Virus record (IMG/VR): IMGVR_UViG_3300028833_000054 | Span: 118,482 to 182,481 of that record | Direction: 5' to 3' (one strand) | Source: a virus | Lineage: Duplodnaviria > Heunggongvirae > Uroviricota > Caudoviricetes | Length of the DNA stretch: 64,000 bases | Part shown: piece by piece, positions 19,788 to 28,242 of the stretch | Layout: each line of letters begins with the position of its first letter | How positions within the stretch are numbered: the first letter of the stretch is position 1 | Translations under genes and position numbers: made by a program | Notes under the pieces: model-generated | Told to the model about the DNA's origin: nothing | What the model saw: only the letters and a program-made list of their open reading frames with translations | The model's database searches: none

Positions 19788-20645
19788 TTAAGCGGCATCA
19801 AGATAAGTCATAGCAGTCTGATACATGTCATAATTGACATTCAAATCACGAACAAAGCTCTTAACTGGACGCATCTTGCGGAGCTTGTTGTTCTTGCCAG
19901 ACTCGACCATGCTACCACCCTTAATCATCTTCTCCTGAAGAACATTGAAAACGCACCAGACAGAATCACCTTCATCTTCCTTGCGGACAGGGGTCAGAAC
20001 ATCTTCAAGAGTACTCTCAGATACAGTCAGCTGAGCATCTGCAGGAACGTTCTTACGGAGCTTAAGCATCTTGATAGCGAAATCATACTTCTGCTCTTTG
20101 GTAAGCTGAGTGGTCTTCATCTTGTTCACAGCCTCAATATACTTCGGAAGAGCTTCAACGGTCTTGGTAACAAGATGACGAAGGTCATCAAAGGTATAAT
20201 TGATATGACGGATAGTCAACTCTTCAAAAGTCTCATCTGCGATAATAAGACCATTGCTGCAAACAAGACGGTACAGACCAACCATGAACTTAAAGCTATT
20301 CATGCCGTCATGAGAGTTAGTCAGAATAATTCGAGGAAATGCTTCAACCTCTTTGTTTTCAATAACTTTGAGGTCAGGATTCTGGAAAGAAACCATATGA
20401 AAACTCTGGATGCCAGAAGAATTCTTACGCTTTCCCTTCTGCTTAGCATCAACTACATACCAGCCAAGCTTGGCCATATCGTTGATAACAGTAGAAGTAT
20501 TTGCCTGGACATACTTTTCAGAAACCTTGGGATTGGTGGGGTCTTCACAGAAAGCAAGCGGACAACGCTCTTTGATTTCGTCTTCAGTGAGGAACTTAGT
20601 AGAAAGGTTGTGGGTGCTATAACCCATCATAACATCATTTGCCAT
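19788..20645 (-). CDS. DUF932-family protein
   Basis: IILTNSHDG..SFKFMVGLYRLVCSNG, W.VFNVLQE. Confidence 0.8.
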   Translation of the reverse strand: MANDVMMGYSTHNLSTKFLTEDEIKERCPLAFCEDPTNPKVSEKYVQANTSTVINDMAKLGWYVVDAKQKGKRKNSSGIQSFHMVSFQNPDLKVIENKEVEAFPRIILTNSHDGMNSFKFMVGLYRLVCSNGLIIADETFEELTIRHINYTFDDLRHLVTKTVEALPKYIEAVNKMKTTQLTKEQKYDFAIKMLKLRKNVPADAQLTVSESTLEDVLTPVRKEDEGDSVWCVFNVLQEKMIKGGSMVESGKNNKLRKMRPVKSFVRDLNVNYDMYQTAMTYLDAA

Positions 20646-20669
20646 ATTTTATTGTTTTTGATTACAATA

Positions 20670-20681
20670 CAAATATATGAA
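20670..20681 (-). promoter_or_regulatory. Bacteroidota -7 promoter TTCATATATTTG
   Basis: Exact copy of the shared motif. Confidence 0.75.
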
Positions 20682-20701
20682 TTTTTTGTTAATTCATAAA
20701 A

Positions 20702-21187
20702 TTAAATGTGATTGTCCCAGTTTTCTGTAGAAATATCTGTATGATTGCTGTCAAGTTTCTTCCACTCTTCATTATACCACTTTACAGTTTCTTTAATTTC
20801 CCGTAAACAATTTTGATATTCATTCATATGATACATAAGCTTTGCTCCATTGAAATGACGAACTGCCTCAGTATAAAAAATCTTCAAAGTTTTAAGATAA
20901 CCAATACCACTGTGATCATAAGCAAATGGCTTGTTGTCAGTTACATGCATATCATATTGCAAAAAATAATGCAAACGAAGAAAATATTCACAATACAATG
21001 TAGGAGGTACTATAGAAGAATATGATGCATAATCAATATCTTCATTAAGAGTATTTAGCTTATCTATGCTATTACCGAGTTCAGTAATTTCTTCTCTTAA
21101 ATACTTCAAATATTTTTTAGCAGCAATCTTATCTTTATAGATTTCTTTGTAAGTCTGCTTAAAAGCTTTAATAAAATTCTTCAACAT
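20702..21187 (-). CDS. Hypothetical protein
   Basis: 161-aa ORF in the operon. Confidence 0.65.
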   Translation of the reverse strand: MLKNFIKAFKQTYKEIYKDKIAAKKYLKYLREEITELGNSIDKLNTLNEDIDYASYSSIVPPTLYCEYFLRLHYFLQYDMHVTDNKPFAYDHSGIGYLKTLKIFYTEAVRHFNGAKLMYHMNEYQNCLREIKETVKWYNEEWKKLDSNHTDISTENWDNHI

Positions 21188-21192
21188 ATCTG

Positions 21193-22524
21193 TTATTTGT
21201 CAGTAGTGTCAATATAAGTGCATTTACCAAATTTTGCAAAACCTGCATTATCTTTGAAATGATTCCAAGTGCTCTCAGAATTAAGAACCCAAAGATATTT
21301 TGTATGACCAAAATTATTGCTTAGGTACTTATTGTCTGGAACAGAAGCATAACCATCAGTAAGAATCATTACACCATCATAATGTTTCTTTGAAGTTTTC
21401 TGTACATATTCAAATACTCCGTTAAAATCAGTGCCACCTCTTCCCTTGACATTGAATTTCTTAGGACGCTTAGACAATTGAACTAAAGAATCTGCATACA
21501 AATCATAGTCAAACTGAACTACATCAAGAGACTCCACAGAGTAGCTGAAAAAGCCCTGAATCCATCCAAGAGCATATTGCAAATCTTTGTCAGAGATAGA
21601 GCCAGAAGTATCTACAGCAACAAGAAGACTGGTAGTGTTCTGTCTCTTGGTTCCCATTGCATCATAGTTCCATCTGCGGTTCGGACGCATTCTGGTTTTA
21701 GAATATTTAGAACTAACAATAGTACTTCTGAACTGCTGGAACAAAGCTTTGTAATTGAACTTTGCTTTTAGAGATTCCTTAATAGTATCAACAACATTAC
21801 CAGGAATTGTTCCCCAAGAATTAGAGCCATCAATCTTACCGATAAGATTATTGATTTCTACGGTACGATAATCATCTTCCTTCCAGAACTGAGTGCGCTC
21901 ATATGCATCATCTGCACTTTTACATCCGTCATCAAAATTCTTTAGAGGATCATCATTGTCTCCGCTTTCGCTATTTCCGTCATTAGAGTCTTTGCTATTG
22001 CTAACTTTACCTGAGCCTGACTGCCCACCAGAATTAGACTGTTTACCTAAGCCAGACTGCCCGCCTTGTCCAGAAGATGAATTACCATTTCCTTCACCTT
22101 CTCCATTATTTTGCTTCATTTCAGGAATCTTGATAGCATCATAAATGGCCTCAAGAGATTCTCTGTCATAATTGTAACTTCCAAAAAATTCTCTGGTCGT
22201 TTTCAACTTAAGCTCTGTAAGCTTCATATTATTTGCAAGAACAAAATTAGATGCAAGATACATTTTAATTCTGTTCGGCAACTGACGCTGGTATGGGTGT
22301 TTAAGAAGAATACGTACAAGTTCTACTTTAAGAGACTCTTCCAGATATTTGTCAGTTTTATCTTCATATTCTTTTTCATTGATATAGATAACTCCGCCAC
22401 CTACAGCAATTGGGCATTTCATGCCAGTAGACAGCACTATATCATGAGTACAAAGAATCATAAAATAGGCAGGTTCAGTAAGGAACCATTTGTCTTTAAG
22501 GTCTTGTAGTCTATCTTTAAACAT
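21193..22524 (-). CDS. VWA-domain protein with degenerate metallopeptidase-like (DUF2201-type) N-terminus
   Basis: MIDAS motif VAVDTSGS, GRGGTDF, ILTDGY; S/G-rich linker; HExxH position reads VELVR. Confidence 0.8.
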   Translation of the reverse strand: MFKDRLQDLKDKWFLTEPAYFMILCTHDIVLSTGMKCPIAVGGGVIYINEKEYEDKTDKYLEESLKVELVRILLKHPYQRQLPNRIKMYLASNFVLANNMKLTELKLKTTREFFGSYNYDRESLEAIYDAIKIPEMKQNNGEGEGNGNSSSGQGGQSGLGKQSNSGGQSGSGKVSNSKDSNDGNSESGDNDDPLKNFDDGCKSADDAYERTQFWKEDDYRTVEINNLIGKIDGSNSWGTIPGNVVDTIKESLKAKFNYKALFQQFRSTIVSSKYSKTRMRPNRRWNYDAMGTKRQNTTSLLVAVDTSGSISDKDLQYALGWIQGFFSYSVESLDVVQFDYDLYADSLVQLSKRPKKFNVKGRGGTDFNGVFEYVQKTSKKHYDGVMILTDGYASVPDNKYLSNNFGHTKYLWVLNSESTWNHFKDNAGFAKFGKCTYIDTTDK

Positions 22525-22529
22525 ATCAA

Positions 22530-23621
22530 TTATCTAGTTTTGGTAGAGATGATGAAGTTATTGATTACATCTTCCAAAGTATCAGGATTAGAAGCAACAA
22601 GCATATTGAGGTTAGGGAATGCCATAGTCTCATAGTTGTTGATGAAGTGAGCAAAGGCCTCACGGTTACCAACCTTCTTGTCAGCAAGGAAAGTGAAGTA
22701 CTTGTTAAGGTTCTCAGCATACTGATTCTGCTTGACAGGGTCATCAAAGTCACCAAGACTGGAGTCAATGTAAGAGCAGACGTTGTCATTGAGATAAGAC
22801 AACTGCTGGAGAGAGTACTCTTTAAGACGGTCAGCACAAGTACTGAAGGAAGTAAGAAGCTCCTTAGGAGTGACAAGAGAATTCTTCTGAAGAGAATCAT
22901 AGAAGGAAACAGCAGCCGCTGCACCAACAATACCAGAAATCATCTTCTTGAAAGAAAGGTCAAACGTCGGATTGAGCTTCATAATGTCAGAGACACGCTC
23001 CCAAGCACGACGGTCTGGAGTCTTGTCAAGAGTGCTATTGTCTTCCTTGAAATTGGAGTCCAAATATTTGACATTAGTCGTGATAAAAGAAATCACACGG
23101 CTGTCAATACCATTTCTGGTAGCCCAACGAATCCAATCCTGAGGAGTCGGAACGAAGTTATACAGATTGAAACGAGAAACCAGAGCAGGGTCAAGGTCAG
23201 TAAGCTGATACTCATCACCTTCATTGATAGCAGAAATGACCTGACTACCAGCAGGAAGCTCCTTACCCGCGAGCTTGCGGTTAAGAGTAAGGTCCATGAC
23301 AACCTGAAGAATTTCAGGACGAGCACGATTCAACTCATCAAGGAACAAGACAACAGGAGTGTTGTCAGTCGGGAACCACCAAGGAAGAGCGAATTCAGTC
23401 TTGCCGGAATCTTCATTGTACCGAGGAAGACCGATGATATCGCCAGGGTCAGCAGCCTGGGAACAGAACATCGTCACAACTTTCTTTCCCTTTGCTTCAA
23501 AAAATTTCTTGATAATGACAGATTTACCAATACCGTGTTTACCGGCAATCATGATATTCTGGTCAGCCGGAGTGGTTTCAAGGATAGTTCTAAGCTCTGT
23601 TTCGTTTACCGTAGTGAACAT
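22530..23621 (-). CDS. MoxR-like AAA+ ATPase
   Basis: GKHGIGKS, DPGDIIGLP, LFLDELNR, DPALVSRF. Confidence 0.88.
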   Translation of the reverse strand: MFTTVNETELRTILETTPADQNIMIAGKHGIGKSVIIKKFFEAKGKKVVTMFCSQAADPGDIIGLPRYNEDSGKTEFALPWWFPTDNTPVVLFLDELNRARPEILQVVMDLTLNRKLAGKELPAGSQVISAINEGDEYQLTDLDPALVSRFNLYNFVPTPQDWIRWATRNGIDSRVISFITTNVKYLDSNFKEDNSTLDKTPDRRAWERVSDIMKLNPTFDLSFKKMISGIVGAAAAVSFYDSLQKNSLVTPKELLTSFSTCADRLKEYSLQQLSYLNDNVCSYIDSSLGDFDDPVKQNQYAENLNKYFTFLADKKVGNREAFAHFINNYETMAFPNLNMLVASNPDTLEDVINNFIISTKTR

Positions 23622-23670
23622 ATTAAAAAATATTTGATTTGTTTATTGTCTTATTTTACAATTTGCAAAT

Positions 23671-23682
23671 CAAATATATGAA
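23671..23682 (-). promoter_or_regulatory. Bacteroidota -7 promoter TTCATATATTTG
   Basis: Exact copy of the shared motif. Confidence 0.75.
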
Positions 23683-23702
23683 AAAATATTTAAAGTAAAA
23701 AA

Positions 23703-25073
23703 TTAAATTTGTGGAATTCCTACACAATAGTATTTAAATGAGCTTCCAACAATTTGTTTATCTGCAAACATATTTCTTCCATCAATGAAGATATTTCCTC
23801 TCATGAAGTATTTAACTTTCTGTCTAAAGAAGAAGTTTTCAAATTTCTTAAACTCGTCCCATTCAGTACACAATATAATAATATCTGCAGCAGTTACAGC
23901 ATCCATAATATTGTCTACTATAGTTACATTAGGATTGTCTCCAATTTCTCTTTTTGCATTTTCATTTGCAATAGGGTCATATGTTCTAACTGTATAAAAT
24001 TCTGACAGACCTTTGACGAGCTTGACTCCGGGTGAGAATCTGATATCATCAGTATTTGGTTTGAACGCAAGACCAAGAACAGCAATCTCAATAGAATGGT
24101 CATTTGAAAATTCATAGAAGTTATCAGTACCAGGATTCTTTGAATTTGCAAAGATTTTTCTAAGTTTGGTCACAGGCCAATCATTTGCTTTAGTGTTCTC
24201 ATCAATGACAGCCTTAATCAAAGAGTTGTTTCCACCCATCTCATAATTAAGTGATGCTGTATCTTTAGGGAAACAAGAACCACCCCAGCCAATTCCAGCA
24301 TTCAAGAAAGCTCTACCAATTCTTGTATCAGTTCCAAGTCCATCTGCAACATCTCCAATATCTGCTCCAACTTCTTCACAGTAGTCTGCAATTGAATTGA
24401 TAAATGAAATCTTGCAAGCGTTGAATGTATTTGCAGCATATTTAGTAAGCTGAGCAGATGCAACATTCATATAAAGAATCTTGGTCTTATTCTTGAAAGG
24501 AGAATATAACTTTGCAAGTCTCTTTTTTGACTCAAGGTCATCTGTTCCGATGACAATTCTATCTGGCTCCAAGAAATCTTTAAGTGCTGTTCCTTCTTTA
24601 AGGAACTCTGGATTTGAAGATATAAAGATATTAACAGGAGGAAGGCTTTCCGCCCTACGGACCTCTTTAAAGTAGTCCTCTGTCTCCTTTGCTGTACCTA
24701 CAGGAACAGTTGATTTGATTACAAGATATAGGTCATGCTCCATTTCTCTTGCAAGCGTGTCAACTACTGCAAACATATGCTGCATATTAGTAGAACCATT
24801 ATTCGTAGGAGGAGTTCCGACTGCTATAAATACAAGGTCTGCTGAATTGACAGCATCTTTAAATTCTGTAGTAAAAAACAATCTGTTCTCCTTTACACAA
24901 ATCTTCATTTGTTCTTCAAGACCTGGTTCATAAATAGGAGATTTTCCAGAGTTAAGTGTATTTATTTTATTTACATTATTGTCAATACATGTTACAACAT
25001 TGGTCTTGTCAAGAGCAAAACATACTCCCGTGACAAGACCAACATATCCTGTTCCAATAACTGTTATCTTCAT
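23703..25073 (-). CDS. ugd: UDP-glucose/GDP-mannose 6-dehydrogenase
   Basis: GTGYVG, AVGTP, KSTVPVG, SNPEFLKEG, GWGGSCFPKD (catalytic Cys), LGLAFKPNTDDIR. Confidence 0.95.
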   Translation of the reverse strand: MKITVIGTGYVGLVTGVCFALDKTNVVTCIDNNVNKINTLNSGKSPIYEPGLEEQMKICVKENRLFFTTEFKDAVNSADLVFIAVGTPPTNNGSTNMQHMFAVVDTLAREMEHDLYLVIKSTVPVGTAKETEDYFKEVRRAESLPPVNIFISSNPEFLKEGTALKDFLEPDRIVIGTDDLESKKRLAKLYSPFKNKTKILYMNVASAQLTKYAANTFNACKISFINSIADYCEEVGADIGDVADGLGTDTRIGRAFLNAGIGWGGSCFPKDTASLNYEMGGNNSLIKAVIDENTKANDWPVTKLRKIFANSKNPGTDNFYEFSNDHSIEIAVLGLAFKPNTDDIRFSPGVKLVKGLSEFYTVRTYDPIANENAKREIGDNPNVTIVDNIMDAVTAADIIILCTEWDEFKKFENFFFRQKVKYFMRGNIFIDGRNMFADKQIVGSSFKYYCVGIPQI

Positions 25074-25108
25074 GGTGATTAAGAATAGTTTTGTTTTAAT
25101 ATCTATTC

Positions 25109-25912
25109 TTAATTTTCCTGCTCGTGTTTTTCTTTTGCGTCGTTTTCAATTTTGTACTTGTCACTGTACTTAGCCTTGATTTCTTCTGCATATTTCTTGA
25201 CAGAATTCAAGTAATTGTCATACGGGAAAACATCTTTATTGATTTCTTCTCCACAAATAGAACCAATAGAGAACTCATTAGCAGAATAAAGAATAGCCAT
25301 ATCCTGGACCCAAGGACGAATCATCTTGTTAGCAAACATGTCAATATTCTTGACAATAAGAGTCTTCGTCTTAAAGTGCTTCAAGAATTCAGTGAAGTTG
25401 CAAAGAGCATAGAGATGCGCAAAGAACATATCAATAGTATTAGGGTCTTCACACGAACGAGTAAAATCAAATACATTGAACTCGCGATTGATATTCAAGA
25501 AATCAAGTTCAGGATTGTCAGTGAAATCAATTTCTGCAGCAACATATTCTTTGTCATCCTTTTCCTTATTGGACTCAGAATAATAAAGATGAGTATAAAA
25601 CTTCACGTTGCAAACTTTAGTTCCCTTTCCAAGAACATCTGCTTCCAAGAAAATACGAGGATGAGAAGTCTTCTCAAAAATATTGAAAGTAATTTCAGGA
25701 TGCTTCTCAGTAACTTTATTGAAAATGCTTACTCTTTCTTCAGCACTCAACTGCCTAAAAGCATCAAGAGACAACTTTGTCATATCCTCAAAAAGAGGAT
25801 AAGTGTTGTTGATACAGAAATGAACAAATTCCCGATAAGGATTAAGAGGGAACTTTGCGACGTTGACGACAGTGTAAATCGGAATAGCTTTGCTTAAATC
25901 TTTATTTTCCAT
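25109..25912 (-). CDS. Hypothetical protein
   Basis: 267-aa ORF with its own promoter. Confidence 0.7.
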   Translation of the reverse strand: MENKDLSKAIPIYTVVNVAKFPLNPYREFVHFCINNTYPLFEDMTKLSLDAFRQLSAEERVSIFNKVTEKHPEITFNIFEKTSHPRIFLEADVLGKGTKVCNVKFYTHLYYSESNKEKDDKEYVAAEIDFTDNPELDFLNINREFNVFDFTRSCEDPNTIDMFFAHLYALCNFTEFLKHFKTKTLIVKNIDMFANKMIRPWVQDMAILYSANEFSIGSICGEEINKDVFPYDNYLNSVKKYAEEIKAKYSDKYKIENDAKEKHEQEN

Positions 25913-25929
25913 ATTAAAAATTCTTTAAT

Positions 25930-25941
25930 CAAATATATGAA
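25930..25941 (-). promoter_or_regulatory. Bacteroidota -7 promoter TTCATATATTTG
   Basis: Exact copy of the shared motif. Confidence 0.75.
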
Positions 25942-25960
25942 AAATTTTTTAAACTAAAAA

Positions 25961-26530
25961 TTATATTGCACCTTTATTTGTAAAAATTGGAGGATATAAA
26001 AAATTAAAGTCGTGATAAAATAATTTTCCATAAGGAGGAGGTGTACTATGAACACTAAAAGAAGACCAAGGTTCAGAATTGTCAAAAGTAACATTTGGAT
26101 ATTTATACTTTATATACTCCCTTATCATAGGATATTTCTTTAAATAATCAGTAGAGATAGTTCTCAAGCTATTATTTTCTAATGTAAGCTTTTTCTTGAT
26201 TAAATTCATAGACAATGTAACAGAATTATTATCAATTCGTTCAACTGCTAAACATTGCTCTACAAAGTTTAAGTCTTTAATTCTTCTTGCATTGTCCTCT
26301 ATAGCTGATATAATATCAAAATACTTACTAACATCTTCAACTGGAATTCTACCACAAATTTCACCGGTAGTATTCCGCACAACAATATTGTCTTCTTCTC
26401 TGGTAAAAGACCAAATAGAACGATAAGTTGGATAGTATGAATTGTATATAGTATGGTCTAAACTGATTGCTACATCACCAGTTGCTCCGATGTTTACAAG
26501 CTGACTGGCAGTTAATTCTTTATCATTCAT
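25961..26530 (-). CDS. Hypothetical protein
   Basis: 189-aa ORF, ATGA-coupled to clpX. Confidence 0.65.
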   Translation of the reverse strand: MNDKELTASQLVNIGATGDVAISLDHTIYNSYYPTYRSIWSFTREEDNIVVRNTTGEICGRIPVEDVSKYFDIISAIEDNARRIKDLNFVEQCLAVERIDNNSVTLSMNLIKKKLTLENNSLRTISTDYLKKYPMIREYIKYKYPNVTFDNSEPWSSFSVHSTPPPYGKLFYHDFNFLYPPIFTNKGAI

Positions 26531-27639
26531 CTCTTTTTGTCTTCTTTGATGTTCTTGTATCTGATTGCAAGTTTCTCTTCAACAATCTTTGAAGTGATTT
26601 CAATCTCTTTTTGACCAGAGCCTGGAATTTCATACATGAAGTCTTCCATGACGCACTCGAATAAGCTACGAAGTGCACGAGCTCCTGTTTTAAGCTTGAT
26701 AGCAGTTTCAGCAATTTTTTCCACAGCTTCTTCACTAATAGAAAGCTCAACGTCATCAAGGTCAAGAAGAGTAGCATATTGATTAAGGATATTGTTTTCA
26801 GGTTCTTTGATAATTCTGCAAAGCTCTTCCTTAGTCAAAGGCTTGACATTTGCAATAATAGGGAAACGACCAATAAATTCAGGAATAAACCCAAATTTCT
26901 TCATATCTTCTTGACAGACAAAATCATAGAGAGTGTCATCATCAAATTCAGTGTTCTCTTCTTTGTCTGCAGTGAAACCAATCTTAGCATCAGGCTTGAT
27001 TCTTTCACGGACAATATCTTCAATACCTGCAAAGGAACCAGAGCCAACAAACAGAATATTTGTCGTATCAATATAAAGAAGAGGTTGTTCTGGATGTTTT
27101 CTACCACCCTGAGGAGGAACACCAACATTGTTACCTTCAACAATTTTCAGAAGAGCCTGCTGAACACCTTCACCGACTGGGTCTTTACCAGAAAGATTAG
27201 GACCAGAATTTCTCTTAGCGAGCTTATCAACTTCATCAATGAAGACAATGCCACACTGTGCAAGTTCAATATCATAGTCACATGCACGAAGAAGACCAAC
27301 AAGAAGAGTCTCAACATCATCACCTACATATCCGGCCTGGGTGATAGAAGTAGCATCACCAATATAATAAGGAACTCCAATATATTCGGCAAGGAGTTTA
27401 ATCATGTAAGTCTTACCAGAGCCAGAAGGACCCAGGAGAGTTACATTAGATTTGTCAATAGTATCTTTAAGATTAGTCTGAGTATTAAGATACAACCGCT
27501 TATAGTGATTATAAACGGCTGTACAAAGAGTTCTCTTTGCTTTTTCCTGGCCAATTACATATTTGTCAAGGTGTTCTTTAAGTTCTTTAGGAGTCTTGAG
27601 TTTAAGTACTTTGCCAGAAGGAAGAGTTATATCATTCAT
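26527..27639 (-). CDS. clpX: ClpX unfoldase lacking the N-terminal zinc-binding domain
   Basis: LDKYVIGQE, GPSGSGKT, GYVG pore loop, DEVDK, GEGVQQALLK, GRKHP, IGF loop, GARALR. Confidence 0.93.
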   Translation of the reverse strand: MNDITLPSGKVLKLKTPKELKEHLDKYVIGQEKAKRTLCTAVYNHYKRLYLNTQTNLKDTIDKSNVTLLGPSGSGKTYMIKLLAEYIGVPYYIGDATSITQAGYVGDDVETLLVGLLRACDYDIELAQCGIVFIDEVDKLAKRNSGPNLSGKDPVGEGVQQALLKIVEGNNVGVPPQGGRKHPEQPLLYIDTTNILFVGSGSFAGIEDIVRERIKPDAKIGFTADKEENTEFDDDTLYDFVCQEDMKKFGFIPEFIGRFPIIANVKPLTKEELCRIIKEPENNILNQYATLLDLDDVELSISEEAVEKIAETAIKLKTGARALRSLFECVMEDFMYEIPGSGQKEIEITSKIVEEKLAIRYKNIKEDKKR

Positions 27640-27664
27640 ATTCAATAAACTTTAAACTTGCATT

Positions 27665-27676
27665 CAAATATATGAA
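27665..27676 (-). promoter_or_regulatory. Bacteroidota -7 promoter TTCATATATTTG
   Basis: Exact copy of the shared motif. Confidence 0.75.
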
Positions 27677-27696
27677 AATATTTTGAAAATATAAAA

Positions 27697-28215
27697 TCAT
27701 AGAGTAAAAGACAAATTGCTTAAACTATCTGAATACTCGCTCCAACTCAAATTGTTTTTAACTTGCCAGCCCGCTTTTAAAGAATTTTGAATATGGTCAA
27801 TCATAGAGAAATAAAAATTCTTATATTCATCAACAGAATTAAATGTTACATAAGTATCTGTTGAATTTGTTTCTCCTTTGATTAAAACATCACTTATTCT
27901 GCTAGGATTGTCCTGCAGCATGTCATAAAGAAATTTATAGTAATTTTGATTTTCAAGTGTCAAATAAAACTTTGTATTATTCCAATAGAAATCATTAATT
28001 ATAGTATTAGCAATATTATTATTGTGATATTTCAAAATTACATTTTTTATTTCTTCTTCTGTTGGTTCGTGGTCAAAATCTTCTTCATAAAAAGAATATG
28101 AAGAAGTAGTATCAGGTATTTTTTTGAAATTCCATCTTACTCTATAAATTCCGTGTATTTTATCAATACATTCTATTAAAGGAATTTCATTACTGGGAGC
28201 CTTTGATATATTCAT
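27697..28215 (-). CDS. Tail-fibre assembly/chaperone-like protein (DUF4376-like)
   Basis: Directly downstream of the fibre gene; IEC..YRVRW, EEDFDHEPT, YLTLENQ, GW pattern resembling genes after Bacteroidota phage fibres. Confidence 0.55.
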   Translation of the reverse strand: MNISKAPSNEIPLIECIDKIHGIYRVRWNFKKIPDTTSSYSFYEEDFDHEPTEEEIKNVILKYHNNNIANTIINDFYWNNTKFYLTLENQNYYKFLYDMLQDNPSRISDVLIKGETNSTDTYVTFNSVDEYKNFYFSMIDHIQNSLKAGWQVKNNLSWSEYSDSLSNLSFTL

Positions 28216-28234
28216 ATTTTATAATATTGATTAT

Positions 28235-28242
28235 TATTTATT
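28235..28242 (-). promoter_or_regulatory. T4-late-like promoter AATAAATA
   Basis: Overlaps the stop codon of fibre 1. Confidence 0.4.

Noticed and set aside
22565-23681. ORFs 22647-23681 (+, 344 aa) and 22565-22930 overlapping the AAA gene
   Set aside because: Antisense or off-frame products of biased codon usage; the minus-strand frame holds the clear ATPase motifs
25124-27648. Antisense ORFs 25124-25897 and 26779-27648
   Set aside because: Mirror frames of real minus-strand genes; no motifs
27650-27664. MQV* mini-ORF after the early promoter of clpX
   Set aside because: Its stop lies 12 nt before the start with no overlap, and the other four early promoters show no tight coupling; could be chance
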